Positions 12,605 through 23,266 of a stretch of DNA of 64,000 bases are shown here, piece by piece. Position 1 is the stretch's first letter. Each line of letters opens with the position of its first letter. Location: the NCBI GenBank assembly GCA_963778655.1, contig CAVZVA010000011.1, positions 192,001-256,000 on the forward strand, written 5' to 3'. The notes under the pieces are model-generated. The model did not search any database. It worked only from the letters and a program-made list of their open reading frames with translations, and was not told the DNA's origin. Source of the stretch: an uncultured delta proteobacterium. GTDB lineage: Bacteria; Myxococcota_A; Polyangia; Polyangiales; JAFGIB01. A program made the position numbers and the translations under genes.

Positions 12605-12877
12605 TCACGCGACCGCCTTTGCGTAGATCGGGTGCGCTTGCAGGGTGATGTCCATTGCGTCGTTCCAGCGATCGCTCAGGGAGAGGGCGCGCAACTTGAG
12701 GACTTGCTCGCCGGTCGAGTGCTTCCAGCGCGCGCCCGGACGTTTCATGCGCAACCCGACCAGGCTCTTGCACGTCGCCTCGACGTTGCCGCTGCCAATC
12801 GGCAGACCGCGCCTGCGGGCACCGGCGTAGTGCATGCGGTGGTGGTTGTTCTGCAGGTAGGTGATAGCCTCATGCAC
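12605..12877 (-). pseudogene. ISKra4/ISLre2-type transposase C-terminal fragment
   Basis: [14 protein letters not shown]...[28 protein letters not shown] motif; no N-terminal part. Confidence 0.85.
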
Positions 12878-13060
12878 GGGACCGCGCCGATGGGGCGGGA
12901 CCCGGCAGCCGGCGCCGTGGTCGACGCGCGCTGCCGCGTGCACGGTATCGAGGGGCTGCGGGTAGTGGATGCCTCGATCATGCCCACCATCCCGGGCGCG
13001 GACACCACTCTGCCCTGCATGATGATCGGCGAGCGTGTGGCCGACTGGATGCGGGCATAG
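12875..13060 (+). pseudogene. GMC oxidoreductase C-terminal fragment
   Basis: GTAPMG...[24 protein letters not shown]...MIGERVAD; only the last ~60 aa remain. Confidence 0.85.
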
Positions 13061-13099
13061 ACCCGTTGCGCGGGTCGCCCGCGGTTCGGCTGGCGTTCG

Positions 13100-16000
13100 C
13101 TAGTGCCGACTGTCACACCGGCTGGGGGGGTTGCTTCCACCGGTGGCCACGTAGCTCACGCAATCGCCTTGGTTCTTGAACGACCCAGGGAAGTTGAAAT
13201 CGCGCCAGCCGCCATGCTTGCAGGCGTTCTTGTCCTGGGGCGGGCCCACCAGCGTCAGCGGGGCCGTCACGGAAGTGTCATTGAGCGTGACGTCGTCCGA
13301 AACCGCGTCGATCGAGAGTCCGACCAGATCCCCGTTGGCGTCGATCGTCTCGGAATACGTGACGCTACCACCTGCGCCGACCTCGATGTCCGCCGGCAAG
13401 CCACTCAGGACCAGATGGACGACGGCGGGGCCACCCGACTTCACGGACACCGTTGACGTGAGGCCCGGGTCGGTGAGGACGTAGATGCCGTTGGGAAGGT
13501 CAATGGTGGCCGTCTTGGCATCGAGCTGGATGCTGACAGGGCCGAGACCGGCGCCGTTGACGTCGAGCTCGACTCCGTTCGCGGGGTTCGGAGCGCCGTC
13601 CAAGATCCTCGAATCCTTGCCGCCGCGGTCCAGGATCGTGCCGACCGTGGAGCCGTTGGAAGGCGCGACCGCGTCCGAGAAGGTCTGGTTGGTGGGGTCG
13701 AGGGGCAGCGGGTCCACCCCGTTCACGATGCCGTCATTGTCGTAGTCGTTGGTGCCCGGCGAGCCGGTCTCGACGTCATCGGAAGCGAGGAACGCGCCGT
13801 TGACCCCCGCTACGCTCTGCGTCGTGACGCTGCCGAGGCCTGCGGAGTTGTCGAACGTGAAGGAGGTGGTGGCGGCACCGAACTGCACACCGGTGACCCA
13901 GTTGCCCGACGCGTTGAACAGGTTGACCGCGTCGCCGCCGGTGCTGAGGCCCACCTTCGAGCCGCTGTAGCTGCCGACCAGGAAGTCCCCCGGCGGGTTG
14001 CCGCCGAACCAGGCTGCCACGAAGTCACCCGCGGTTGTGGCGTCGCCCTCGATCAGCACGGCCGACTGCCCTGGCGCGATGCTACCGACATCGCTGATCG
14101 GGACGGATTGCGTGACGTCGTTCGAGTTGTCGTCCATGGTCCAGCCGGTGATGTCGACGGCTTCGGAGCCAACGTTCGTGACCTCGAACCAGTCGGCGGC
14201 GTAGGGGCTATCCCCGCTGGCCCACGGCGCGACTTCGGAGACGATGAGCCTGCCGACGTTGCCGATCCCCGGCGAGCCAACCTCGCTGCCGTCCCCAGCC
14301 GCGACGAAGGCGCCGTTGACGCCGGCTGTGCTGAGCGTCGAGATCACCGGCAATGGAACCGTGTTGCCGCCGATGCCGGCGTGGTTGTCGAAGGTAGCGA
14401 ACGGTGCGGCCGAGGGCGCAGCGCCGAAGCCCACGCCCGCCACCAGGTTGCCGGCGCCGTCGAACAAGGTGACCTCATCACCGTTGCCGCTCAGGCCCAC
14501 GCCGGAGCCCGAGTAGCTCCCGATCTGAGGCGCGGGCTGGGCGTTCGCCCCAGACCAAAGACTACGGAACGCAGCGGCGGTGGTGGCCAGGTCCGTGCTC
14601 TCGACGAAGATCACCGCTTCCCCGGGGGCGATCGAGTCGATGCCGTCCAGGGGAACCGCGTTGGCGATGGAATGCGAGTTGTCGTCCATCTTCCAGCCGG
14701 TGATGTCGATGGCGGAGCTGCCCTTGTTGGTCACTTCAAACCAGTCGTGACCCAGCGGACTGTCTGAGCTGGACCAGGGAGCGACCTCCGAGATCACGAT
14801 GGTGCCGGGGGCTACGGCCTGTGTAACGGAGAGCGTGAAGTCGACCGTTGCGTCGGGCGAGCCGCCGGCGGTCGGGTCGTCGGCCTCGACGGTGACGTGC
14901 AGCATCGGCTTTGAGGCGTGACTCAATGAAGTGCCAGCCTTGAGGTAGAGCGACGAGCCGGCGATCTCGAAGGACGCGGCGTCGGGCCCGCTCAGGCTCA
15001 AGTAGTTCGTGCCCAGGCCGTCGTCCGTTATGGAGATGTCCGCCAGCAACACGTGACTCGATACGTCGGCCGCCTCGGAGATTGCCGGCACCGTGCTCAG
15101 CAGCGTGACGGCGGTAGGCGCCTGGTTGGCGGCGTCGTTGTCCTGGATGGTCACGGTTGCGCTGGCGTCGGTGCCGACGTCATAGCTGCCCGTGTCGAAC
15201 AGCGTCAGCGTCAACGCCTCGGTTCCTTCGGCAATCGCGTCGTCCACCGGAATGATGGTGACGTCGACGAACGCGGCGCCTGCTCCGATGGTCCGCGAGC
15301 CGGTGAGTGTCGGCGTGTAGTCGTCGGGTGTCGCCTGGCCGGCGCCTGTGGCGATGGTGTAGCTGACCGTCAGGGGCGAGGCGGTGCTGCCGCTGCGGGT
15401 GAATCGGAACAGGCCGGGAACGCCGCCGGTCTCCGCCGCCAGGCCATTCACAGCGGTGATGCCGACGATCGGAGGCGCTCCCGAGCCGATGGTGCCCGGA
15501 GAACCGACTTCGTTGGAGTCGTGGGCTGCAATGAATGCCCCGTACTGTCCGACGACGCTGAGGTTCGAGATCGCAGCGTTGTTGAGCCCCGCTGTATTGT
15601 CGAATGTGGGCAACACAGTGCTGCTGGGAGACGGGCCGAACGAGATGCCCGCGCGAATGATGCCCGCGTTGTCGAACAGGTTGACGGCGTCTCCGCCGGT
15701 GCTCAGACCGACGCCGGAGCCCGAGTAGCTGCCGACCTGAAGGCCCGCAGGCGCCGTTCCCCCGTACCAGAGGTCGATGAACGCCTGCGCCTTGCCTGCG
15801 AGCTCGGATGAGCTCGCTGTCTCGATGAACACGATCGATTCACCGGGCTTGATGCTCGTCACGCCGTTCAAAGGGACGGAAACGGCGTACGAGCTCGAGT
15901 TGTCGTCCATCGTCCAGCCGACCAAGTTGACCGACGAAGCACCGAAGTTCGTCACCTCGAACCAGTCGGATGCAAGCGGACTGTTTCCGCTAGACCAGGG

Positions 16001-17359
16001 CGCCGCCTCGGTGATCGCGAGGTTGACCCCACCGCTGGCGGCCGGGGTGATCGTCAGGGTGTACGACGTGCTCGCGTCAGGCGTCCCGCCGACGGTCGTG
16101 TCGTCGACGTTGATGGTGACGGCGTAGCCGGGTTGGGTCGCGGCGTTCAGCGCAGTGCCCGCCTTGAGGAACAGCGCGGTGCCGATGATTTCGAACGAGC
16201 CAGCGTCTGGTCCCGACACGGACAGGTTGTTGTCGCCGAGCCCGTCGTCGGCGACGAAGACGTTCGCTAGCTTGACTGTGTTGGTGGTGTTCGTGTTCTC
16301 GGGGATCGACGTGACGGCGCCGGTGAGCGAGACGGCCGTGGGTGCGAGGTCTGCCACCGCGGATGGAGCGTAGACCCAGAGCTGCGGGTGGTCGGCGTCA
16401 CCACCGCCGTCCTCGTTAGCCACGTACAGGATGCCGTCGCGGTCCATCGTGACGCCTTCCATTGTCATGTCGGGCACGGAAAGGGTGTCGCCCAGGTCGG
16501 CGACGATGGACATGATGTGCTGAACGTTACCGGAGCGGTCGACCTGCACGATCTGGCCGGACTCCTGGCTGATGATCAGCAGCTGGTTGTAGGCGGGATC
16601 GCCGGCGAGTGAGGGCAGGTTCGACAGAGCGTAGACGTCGGAAAAGTCGAGCGTGCTCACCAGCGACGGGTCGAAGAGGTCGGTGGACTCGTCCGTGCTG
16701 GGCGAACCGTTGGTCGCAGTCCCGGCGGCGAAATCGATGCCCGTCTCGAAGATGGACCTGGGGTCCTTCTCCTTCACAAAGATGTAGTGACCGGTCAGCG
16801 GGTCGTACGTAGCGCCCTCGAGCCCGATGTTGCCGATGGTGGTGCCGAGCTTGACCGTCTGAACCTCGGCTCGGGTCAACGTCGCGCCCGCGACGTAGGT
16901 GAAGAGACTCACCTGGCGGTACCGTTCCTCGATCAGCACGAACTGGCCACCTCCTACGTAGGAGACGCCCTCGGTGTCGTAGAACTCGGTGCCCTGCGGG
17001 CTGCCGCCGGGGGCCAGCGTCATCGAGTCGAGCAAGGCGCCGGTCTTGTCGACCTGGACCACGGACGTGCCGCCGTCGCCGACCACAAACAGCGTGTCGG
17101 TGTCCCAGTCATAGGTGACCGAGGAGGCTTCCTGCGCAAGCAGGCTGGTGCCGTCGGGCGGAGTGGTGCGCGTTGGCTCGGGCAGGTTGTACCGGCCGAC
17201 CCAAGCATACTTCGAGAGGTCCATCGTCGTGGGGGCCGTGAGCGCCGCTGCCGCTGCGCGCGCCGCAGGGGCGGACGGAGGCTGACCCGGGCTGCTGCAG
17301 GCGCCGCCCGCGAGCACGATGAACGACAGTAGCCAACGAAGTGTACCGATCCGCGCCAT
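13100..17359 (-). CDS. Large secreted lipoprotein: SdiA-regulated-like beta-propeller, three lamin-tail-like domains, cadherin-like and Calx-beta-like repeats
   Basis: Lipobox LAGGAC; EASSVTYD...TLFVVGD and GLEG propeller motifs; three repeats of ISEVAPWSS...DWFEVTN...GWxMDD; DDAIAEGTE Calx-beta-like motif. Confidence 0.8.
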   Translation of the reverse strand: MARIGTLRWLLSFIVLAGGACSSPGQPPSAPAARAAAAALTAPTTMDLSKYAWVGRYNLPEPTRTTPPDGTSLLAQEASSVTYDWDTDTLFVVGDGGTSVVQVDKTGALLDSMTLAPGGSPQGTEFYDTEGVSYVGGGQFVLIEERYRQVSLFTYVAGATLTRAEVQTVKLGTTIGNIGLEGATYDPLTGHYIFVKEKDPRSIFETGIDFAAGTATNGSPSTDESTDLFDPSLVSTLDFSDVYALSNLPSLAGDPAYNQLLIISQESGQIVQVDRSGNVQHIMSIVADLGDTLSVPDMTMEGVTMDRDGILYVANEDGGGDADHPQLWVYAPSAVADLAPTAVSLTGAVTSIPENTNTTNTVKLANVFVADDGLGDNNLSVSGPDAGSFEIIGTALFLKAGTALNAATQPGYAVTINVDDTTVGGTPDASTSYTLTITPAASGGVNLAITEAAPWSSGNSPLASDWFEVTNFGASSVNLVGWTMDDNSSSYAVSVPLNGVTSIKPGESIVFIETASSSELAGKAQAFIDLWYGGTAPAGLQVGSYSGSGVGLSTGGDAVNLFDNAGIIRAGISFGPSPSSTVLPTFDNTAGLNNAAISNLSVVGQYGAFIAAHDSNEVGSPGTIGSGAPPIVGITAVNGLAAETGGVPGLFRFTRSGSTASPLTVSYTIATGAGQATPDDYTPTLTGSRTIGAGAAFVDVTIIPVDDAIAEGTEALTLTLFDTGSYDVGTDASATVTIQDNDAANQAPTAVTLLSTVPAISEAADVSSHVLLADISITDDGLGTNYLSLSGPDAASFEIAGSSLYLKAGTSLSHASKPMLHVTVEADDPTAGGSPDATVDFTLSVTQAVAPGTIVISEVAPWSSSDSPLGHDWFEVTNKGSSAIDITGWKMDDNSHSIANAVPLDGIDSIAPGEAVIFVESTDLATTAAAFRSLWSGANAQPAPQIGSYSGSGVGLSGNGDEVTLFDGAGNLVAGVGFGAAPSAAPFATFDNHAGIGGNTVPLPVISTLSTAGVNGAFVAAGDGSEVGSPGIGNVGRLIVSEVAPWASGDSPYAADWFEVTNVGSEAVDITGWTMDDNSNDVTQSVPISDVGSIAPGQSAVLIEGDATTAGDFVAAWFGGNPPGDFLVGSYSGSKVGLSTGGDAVNLFNASGNWVTGVQFGAATTSFTFDNSAGLGSVTTQSVAGVNGAFLASDDVETGSPGTNDYDNDGIVNGVDPLPLDPTNQTFSDAVAPSNGSTVGTILDRGGKDSRILDGAPNPANGVELDVNGAGLGPVSIQLDAKTATIDLPNGIYVLTDPGLTSTVSVKSGGPAVVHLVLSGLPADIEVGAGGSVTYSETIDANGDLVGLSIDAVSDDVTLNDTSVTAPLTLVGPPQDKNACKHGGWRDFNFPGSFKNQGDCVSYVATGGSNPPSRCDSRH

Positions 17360-17559
17360 GCCAACGCACCTCCGCGCGCGCTGGGCGCGCCGTTGCCGAA
17401 CTGGCCGGCACACTAGCCAATGCAGCCAGACCGAACGTGTCGGGACCGCGAATCTCTTGTGACGCTTTGCTGGAGATCGCGTGACACGGCTTCAGGCTCG
17501 AGCTGCGCGCCCGCGGCGCGGACCCATTGCGCAGAATGGTGCAACATATCAACCTCGGC

Positions 17560-18295
17560 GCAGCATGTTCTGACCGCGCGTGCCGGCGTTCACTGCGCAA
17601 AGCCGGCCGCTGGCTCGACGACGAGCACGACGGCGTCTCGCTCACAGACGAGGCGCTCGAGCCAGAGGACGCCGTGCTTGCATCCTGCTACCAGGCGGCG
17701 GCCGCGAGCTGCTCGGTGAGCGAGCCGGGCAGCCCACGCTGCGCCTCATCGGTCTACCGCCTGAGCGCCCTAACAAGCGCAAAGGCGGACTGGTGGCTGA
17801 GGTGCGAGGCATCAACGTACACGCCGATCGCGCGATCGACGGCCGCGACCGCAAGCAGGTCGAGCGCTTGTGCAGGTACATGGCGAGACCTCCGCTCGCA
17901 AACGACAGGCTGCACCTGCAGCCCGGCGGACGCCTGCGTTATACGATGAAGCGCACGTGGAGCGACGGCACCGAGGCAATCGTGATGGACCCGCTCTCGT
18001 TCATCGGGCGTCTGTGCGCGCTGATACCGCCGCCTCGTATGCACATGTTGCGATTTTGCGACGTACTGGCAGCGCACAACAAGCTCCGCGCCGAGGTGGT
18101 GCCTGCATGTACGCCGGTGGCAGCACCGCCCGTGCCCGAGCAGCTTGCGTTGTTCGAGCACGGCGCAGTGCTGCTGCCGATCGCGCAACAACGGCAAGGC
18201 CAGGACGCACCCCCGCACCCATCGCGACACGCATGGGCTTTGTTGATGCAACACGTGTTCGCCAAAGACGTGCTCGCATGCCCACATTGCCACTC
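17560..18295 (+). pseudogene. IS91-family (Y2 HUH) transposase remnant
   Basis: GINVHA...ERLCRYMARPPLA...WSDGT...RLCALIPPPRMH...WALLMQHVFAKDVLACPHC; frameshift near 17730 and 5' truncation. Confidence 0.88.
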
Positions 18296-18598
18296 GCGAA
18301 CTCGCTCAGCAACTTGTGAGAGCTCTCGCCCTTGAGAATTGCACCGCTCGCGACACCGACAGGTACGGCGGGATCGCGATCAGCATGTGCACGTGCTCGC
18401 GGTTGATCGCTCCCGCGTAGATCGTGAGCTCCAGGCTCCGCGCGATCTGGCGCAGCAGCTCTCTAGCAGCTCTCTGGCTCGGTGCCCGACTGTCTCAGGC
18501 TCCTGGCCCACCAGTACCGGGTAGCGGTACTTCGTGATCCAGACCAGATGGCACTTGCGGTCCCAAACCGTGTGGCTTCCCTTCTTGTAGTCCTTCAT
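18295..18598 (-). pseudogene. tnpA: IS200/IS605 TnpA (Y1 HUH) remnant
   Basis: MKDYKKGSHTVW..HLVWITKYRYPVL. An 11-bp tandem duplication (18454-18475) shifts the frame before EHVHMLIAIPPYLSVS; 3' truncated. Confidence 0.88.
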
Positions 18599-18638
18599 GA
18601 ATCGGCAAGGTTACGCTCCTCTCTCGCCGAGTGCTCCT

Positions 18639-18652
18639 TCGCCTGAAGGCGA
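18639..18652. repeat. IS200/IS605 left-end hairpin
   Basis: TCGCCTGAAGGCGA palindrome ~40 bp upstream of the tnpA start. Confidence 0.6.
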
Positions 18653-18914
18653 GCGGTTTGCGGATCCCCAAGTCGGGACTCAAAATTTCGTCAATTCGCC
18701 GCAGCGCATTTCCGAAACGGTTCACTCGGGAGCCCTTACCTCGTCGGCCGCAGACGGTTTCTCGAATGTGAATACCGCCCTCGGACAGAGCACCCGTCGA
18801 CCCGGTTGTTCGTGCACCCTCAGCGCAACTCGACTGTGACTCGAACCGATGACCTGTCCGCTCAGATGGTTCGGCGAGCCTATCGGAATCGGGGAAAGGC
18901 GGCCTCGTCTGGGC

Positions 18915-20168
18915 TCAGCGTTCGGTCTTGGCGCGGCGCTCCGGCGTCGGACCGGTGTAACGCGCGCGGGGACGCAGGCGGTCGCCCTGGTCGCGCTGCT
19001 CGCGGATGTGCGCGATCCATCCCGCAAGCCGTCCGATCGAGAGCAGGAACAGCGCGGCGCCCGCGCGCAGCGACAAGGCCTGGCTCAGCGCGACCAGACC
19101 GAAGTCGAGATTGGGAGGCGGGAGCCCAGCGTCGCGAGCGGCGTCCTGCAGCGCGCGCATCGCCGCCAGGCGCTGGCTGCGCGGACCGATGCGCTCGGCG
19201 CACTCGATCAACGCCCTCGCGCGCGGGTCGCCCGCCGGATACAGCGGATGGCCGAACCCGGGCAGGCGTGCGCCACGCGCGAGTCGTTCGCGCACGACGT
19301 CGCCCGGCCTGCGCTGGGCCAGAGCCTCATCGAGCAGCGCCTCCACGCGTAGCGACACGCCGCCGTGTTGTGGGCCGGACAGCGCAGCGAATGCGGCGCT
19401 CACGCAGGCGTACAGATCGCTGCCTGCCGATGCCACCACCCGCGCCGTGAACGTGGACGCGTTGAGCTCGTGGTCGGCCGTGACGATCAGCGCGAGCTCG
19501 AGCGCAGGCACCACCTCGTCGCCCTCCACGCCCAGCGCACGCGCGCAGCGCAATGCCACGCCCTCGTCGCGTCGCAGCCTGCGCGGCTTGGCCCAGCCAG
19601 GCCCACTCGCCAGCCAGCGGATTAGCGCACGCGCGCGATCGAGCTCGGGGGCCTCGCCCTCGCCTGCGAAGCGCGGGCTGCGTGCGCGCAGCAGCGCGAG
19701 CGCGCTCGACGCGCTGCGCACCGGGCCGGGGCCGTCGCGCAGCAGCGCACGAACCACGCTCGCCGCCGGCGGGTCGTCCAGCTCCGGCCAGCTCGCAGTC
19801 GGGCTGGGCCAGCCGCGGCCGAACAGCAGCTCGGCCACCTGCTCGAAACGCGCGCCGCCCAGCGCCAGCTCGATCGCGTCGCGGCCGCGATAGTACAGGC
19901 GGCCGTCGGCGACGCACGTGATCGCGGAGTCGATCACGGGCTCGCCCCAGCGCAGCGCCGCGGCCGCCACGGCGGTGTGACCCGCGCGAGCGTCGCTGCG
20001 CGCCTTCAGCCGCAGCAAGTCGGCGCGCGAGTACAGGCTCCCGCGCCGGCCGCCTGGCGCCGCGATACGGTCGACCCAGCCGCGGCTGACGTAGGTGTAG
20101 AGCGTCGCCGGCTTGACCTGCAGCAGGACGACCGCCTCGCGCAACGCGACGTAGGCCGCATTCGCCAT
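18915..20168 (-). CDS. Helix-turn-helix / citrate-synthase-fold fusion protein
   Basis: N-terminal EAVVLLQVKPATLYTYVSRG (MerR/excisionase-like HTH); C-terminal DHELNASTF, GPQHGG, GFGHPLY, NLDF. Confidence 0.88.
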   Translation of the reverse strand: MANAAYVALREAVVLLQVKPATLYTYVSRGWVDRIAAPGGRRGSLYSRADLLRLKARSDARAGHTAVAAAALRWGEPVIDSAITCVADGRLYYRGRDAIELALGGARFEQVAELLFGRGWPSPTASWPELDDPPAASVVRALLRDGPGPVRSASSALALLRARSPRFAGEGEAPELDRARALIRWLASGPGWAKPRRLRRDEGVALRCARALGVEGDEVVPALELALIVTADHELNASTFTARVVASAGSDLYACVSAAFAALSGPQHGGVSLRVEALLDEALAQRRPGDVVRERLARGARLPGFGHPLYPAGDPRARALIECAERIGPRSQRLAAMRALQDAARDAGLPPPNLDFGLVALSQALSLRAGAALFLLSIGRLAGWIAHIREQRDQGDRLRPRARYTGPTPERRAKTER

Positions 20169-20293
20169 GGTTCGACGATATCGATCGACATCGACGATCG
20201 CAAGCGACCCCGGCTGTCCGACGGCGTCCGCGCTCGGGCGGCGGCGCGCCGCGGCGCTGTGCGCGCTGGTGCGGCTGCGCGCGCGTCCATATG

Positions 20294-21466
20294 TCAGGCC
20301 GCGATCTCGGGCAGCGGGCCGACGTAGCGCAGAGCAGGGCGGATCAGCCGGCCGGTACGGCGTTGCTCGAGCACGTGCGCGCTCCAGCCCGCCACGCGCC
20401 CGCTTGCGAACGTCGAGGTGAAGTCGCGCCGGTCGAGGCCCACGGCGTCGAGCAGCACGGCGGTATAGAACTCCACGTTCACGTCCAGGCTGCGCGCGGG
20501 GTGGCGCTCCCGCAGCAGCTCGCGCGCGGCGAGCTCGACCCGGCGAGCGAGCTCGAGTCGGCCGCCTTTGCACCCGGGACCTGCGAGCAGGTGGATGGCG
20601 CGCTCGAGCACCTCGGCACGCGGGTCGCGCACGCGGTAGACGCGGTGGCCCATGCCCATGATTCGACGGCCGGCTTCGAGCTGTGCTTGCAGCCATGCGC
20701 GGGCGTCGCCATGCACGGCGACGGCGTCCAGCATGTCGAGCACCGGCCCGGGCGCGCCGCCGTGCAGCGGACCCTTGAGCGCACCGACCGCGGCGACGAT
20801 TGCGCTGACCATGTCGGAGCCGGTGGAGGTCACCACGCGCGCAGCGAAGGTCGAGGCATTCATGTCGTGGTCGCACACGGTGACCAGGTAGTGCTCGAGC
20901 GCGCGGGCCGTGTCGGGCCGGTCGGCACCGGTGGCCATGCGCAAATAGTCGCGCGCATGGTCGAGCGCGGGATCGGGAGCCAGCGGCGCGAGGCCCGCGC
21001 GCTTGCGCGCGATCGCGGCGGCGAAGACGGCGGTTGCGGCGGTGATCGCCGTAGCCTGGCCGACGCCGTCGGCCTCGTGGTCGCCCTCGCCGCTGCTCCC
21101 GGCCCCTAGCTCACCTTCGGCGCCGGCGGAATCGCTCGGCGGGAGCTCGATGCTGGCGAGCGCGGCGCGCAGCGCTTCCATGGCAACGCGCATGTGCAAC
21201 GCATGCTCCAGCCGCGGCAGCGCGGCAAACGCTTGCACGCGCGCCCGCCCCAAGCGGGCGCGGTAGCGGGCGTGCGTGGCAGGGGATGGCGCCAAGCCCT
21301 CCCACAGCAGCGCGCAGGTCTGCTCGTAGCTCGCGTGCTCGGCCAATTCGGCGATCTCGTAGCCTCGAATGATCAGACGTCCGGCTTCACCGTCGACGCG
21401 GCTCAGCGCGCTCTCGGCTACGACGACGCCCTCGAGACCACAGTCGACCGGACCATCGGTCGCCAT
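20294..21466 (-). CDS. Citrate synthase family protein
   Basis: GLEGVV, DHDMNASTF, GPLHGGA, GMGHRVY..DPRA, NVEFY. Confidence 0.9.
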   Translation of the reverse strand: MATDGPVDCGLEGVVVAESALSRVDGEAGRLIIRGYEIAELAEHASYEQTCALLWEGLAPSPATHARYRARLGRARVQAFAALPRLEHALHMRVAMEALRAALASIELPPSDSAGAEGELGAGSSGEGDHEADGVGQATAITAATAVFAAAIARKRAGLAPLAPDPALDHARDYLRMATGADRPDTARALEHYLVTVCDHDMNASTFAARVVTSTGSDMVSAIVAAVGALKGPLHGGAPGPVLDMLDAVAVHGDARAWLQAQLEAGRRIMGMGHRVYRVRDPRAEVLERAIHLLAGPGCKGGRLELARRVELAARELLRERHPARSLDVNVEFYTAVLLDAVGLDRRDFTSTFASGRVAGWSAHVLEQRRTGRLIRPALRYVGPLPEIAA

Positions 21467-22524
21467 GACTAGCCTCCTTTCGGCGTGGTGGTGCTGCGTG
21501 TCGATCTCTACCTAAGCAGAGCGCCGAGCGGCGGCAATCTCGATTCGACAATCGATTCGTTCGCGCCGGCTCGGCCTCGGTCGCGGCGCTCTCGGCGGTT
21601 CCGCCGGTCCGCCGACGGGAGCGCGGCCATCGGGCTCGACGACAGGGTTGGCTCGCTACCTTGGCAGCTGCGCTACGTCGGACAGGCGGCGCGTAGTCTC
21701 TTGCTCGGGCGGGTCGCCCACCTGCTGGGCAGCTTTTCCGAGTTTCTGTCGACGTTTACACGGCACGTCTCCCTTCCCTCGGTCCAGGCTTTGCCTGGCG
21801 CACATTGAGGACCGTCACCATGTCTCCGTGGGCTGGGCGATTGTTTCGTGAGTGCTACCGCCAAGTCGACTCAGCTCGGGCGGTTGCCCTTGCCATGGTG
21901 ACCACGCTGCGTGACGCCGGCGGACACTCGGCGAAGGGTGTGGCGTTTGACAGTGGTCGCGTGACCTGGCATGGCATCGCCCGATGCCCGCTCTCGAAGC
22001 GCGCGCGCGGCCGGCCTTCGAGCTGATCGCGGCCGACCTCGACGGGACCTTGTTGCGCAGCAACGGGTCGCTCTCAGGTCGAGCGGGCCGAGCGCGCCGG
22101 GTTCGTGCCAGCCGGACCACGCTCGGAGGCGTGGAGATCTGGATGTCTCAGTTGGCAAGGTGGCGCTGTGGGGCCGCAAACGTGACGTTGCGCAAACAGG
22201 TCGTGCCCGCGCTCGCCCAGAGCCGAGAACCGCGGCCGCGCTGCGCCGTGCAGCGTTGCTGGGACTTGCCGCTCTTGCGGCATCCCAACAGGTTCGGGCT
22301 CCAAGCGGCCCCGGGTCTGCGGTCGTTCACCGTCCCTTCGGCCAGGCGTCGCGCTCGACCGCCGTTACTCGAGGAGAGCAAATCGCAGGTCTGTTTGTCT
22401 TGCGAGCTCGCTCAGGGCGTACTCGCGCTCGATCACGGAGCCGGGCGTGGGCCGACTCCGTGATCATGCGCGGGATGAGTGGCGCCCACGCAGTGTAGAG
22501 GCAATGCGCGCAGCGCTGGATGGC

Positions 22525-22933
22525 GATGGTTGATCGCCGAGGTCGAGATGACGGGCGAGCCTGCGCCGGGCATTCGGCGTGGAAGGAACGGCGTGAACGG
22601 CCTCGGCAGACTCGAGGACGGCAAGCGCGTGCGCGTGGTGTTGTGTGAGCCGCAGGTCAGGCGAGGCGACGAGCCCTCGCTCGGCGAGCTGCGCGAGGGG
22701 CTCATCTCCGCGTACGGGACCGATTACGGGGTTCACAACGTCACGTGGCGCTCGCGGTTCAGCGATGCGACCCGGCAGGCGGCGTCGCGCCGATGTCCGA
22801 GCTGCTCCAAATGGACGGGCCTCGCAAGCGATTGATTCGGCCGGACGGACACGTCGCCTGGGTCGGAAACGGCACCGACCACGGACTGCGCGACGCCCTG
22901 CGCACCTGGTTCGGACCGCGCGATCACGGCTGA
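22525..22933 (+). pseudogene. FAD-dependent aromatic monooxygenase remnant (PheA/Rox-like), internally deleted
   Basis: YGTDYGVHNVTWRSRFSDATRQAA is joined, in another frame, to the C-terminal LIRPDGHVAWVG...LRDALRTWFG. Confidence 0.72.
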
Positions 22934-22939
22934 CCTCAT

Positions 22940-23231
22940 CGTCACGTTCGCCGGCGTATGTATTGTCGACCGCGGCTGCACCGAGCCGCATTGCGACAGC
23001 ACTGTTCACGCCGAGGCCCCCGTTTTCACGACGACGCGCGGCATTCCTGCCGGCGCCATGACGCCGGCGTTCTTTGGGGCCGAGCCCGTCGGCACCTGCA
23101 CTTCCAATACCCCCGAATGTTCGAAGCGCGACGAGCGCTGCACCACTGCAGCAGACTGCGGCGCGCCTGAAGACGGCGAGCCGGCAAACACCTGCAGCGC
23201 AGGCTTCTGCGCGTACGTTGTCGTCCAGTAG
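22940..23231 (+). pseudogene. Cys-rich C-terminal fragment of a myxobacterial secreted protein
   Basis: Manual translation ends GTCTSNTPECSKRDERCTTAADCGAPEDGEPANTCSAGFCAYVVVQ*; no signal peptide or clear start. Confidence 0.45.
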
Positions 23232-23266
23232 GCCAAGCGCGCAGCCGAGCTGGCCGTAGACCGCCT

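Noticed and set aside
22018..22085. Cof-type HAD hydrolase (FELIAADLDGTLLRSNGSLSGR)
   Set aside because: Only motif I is present and the rest of the ORF is unrelated. At most a tiny remnant, so not listed as a gene.
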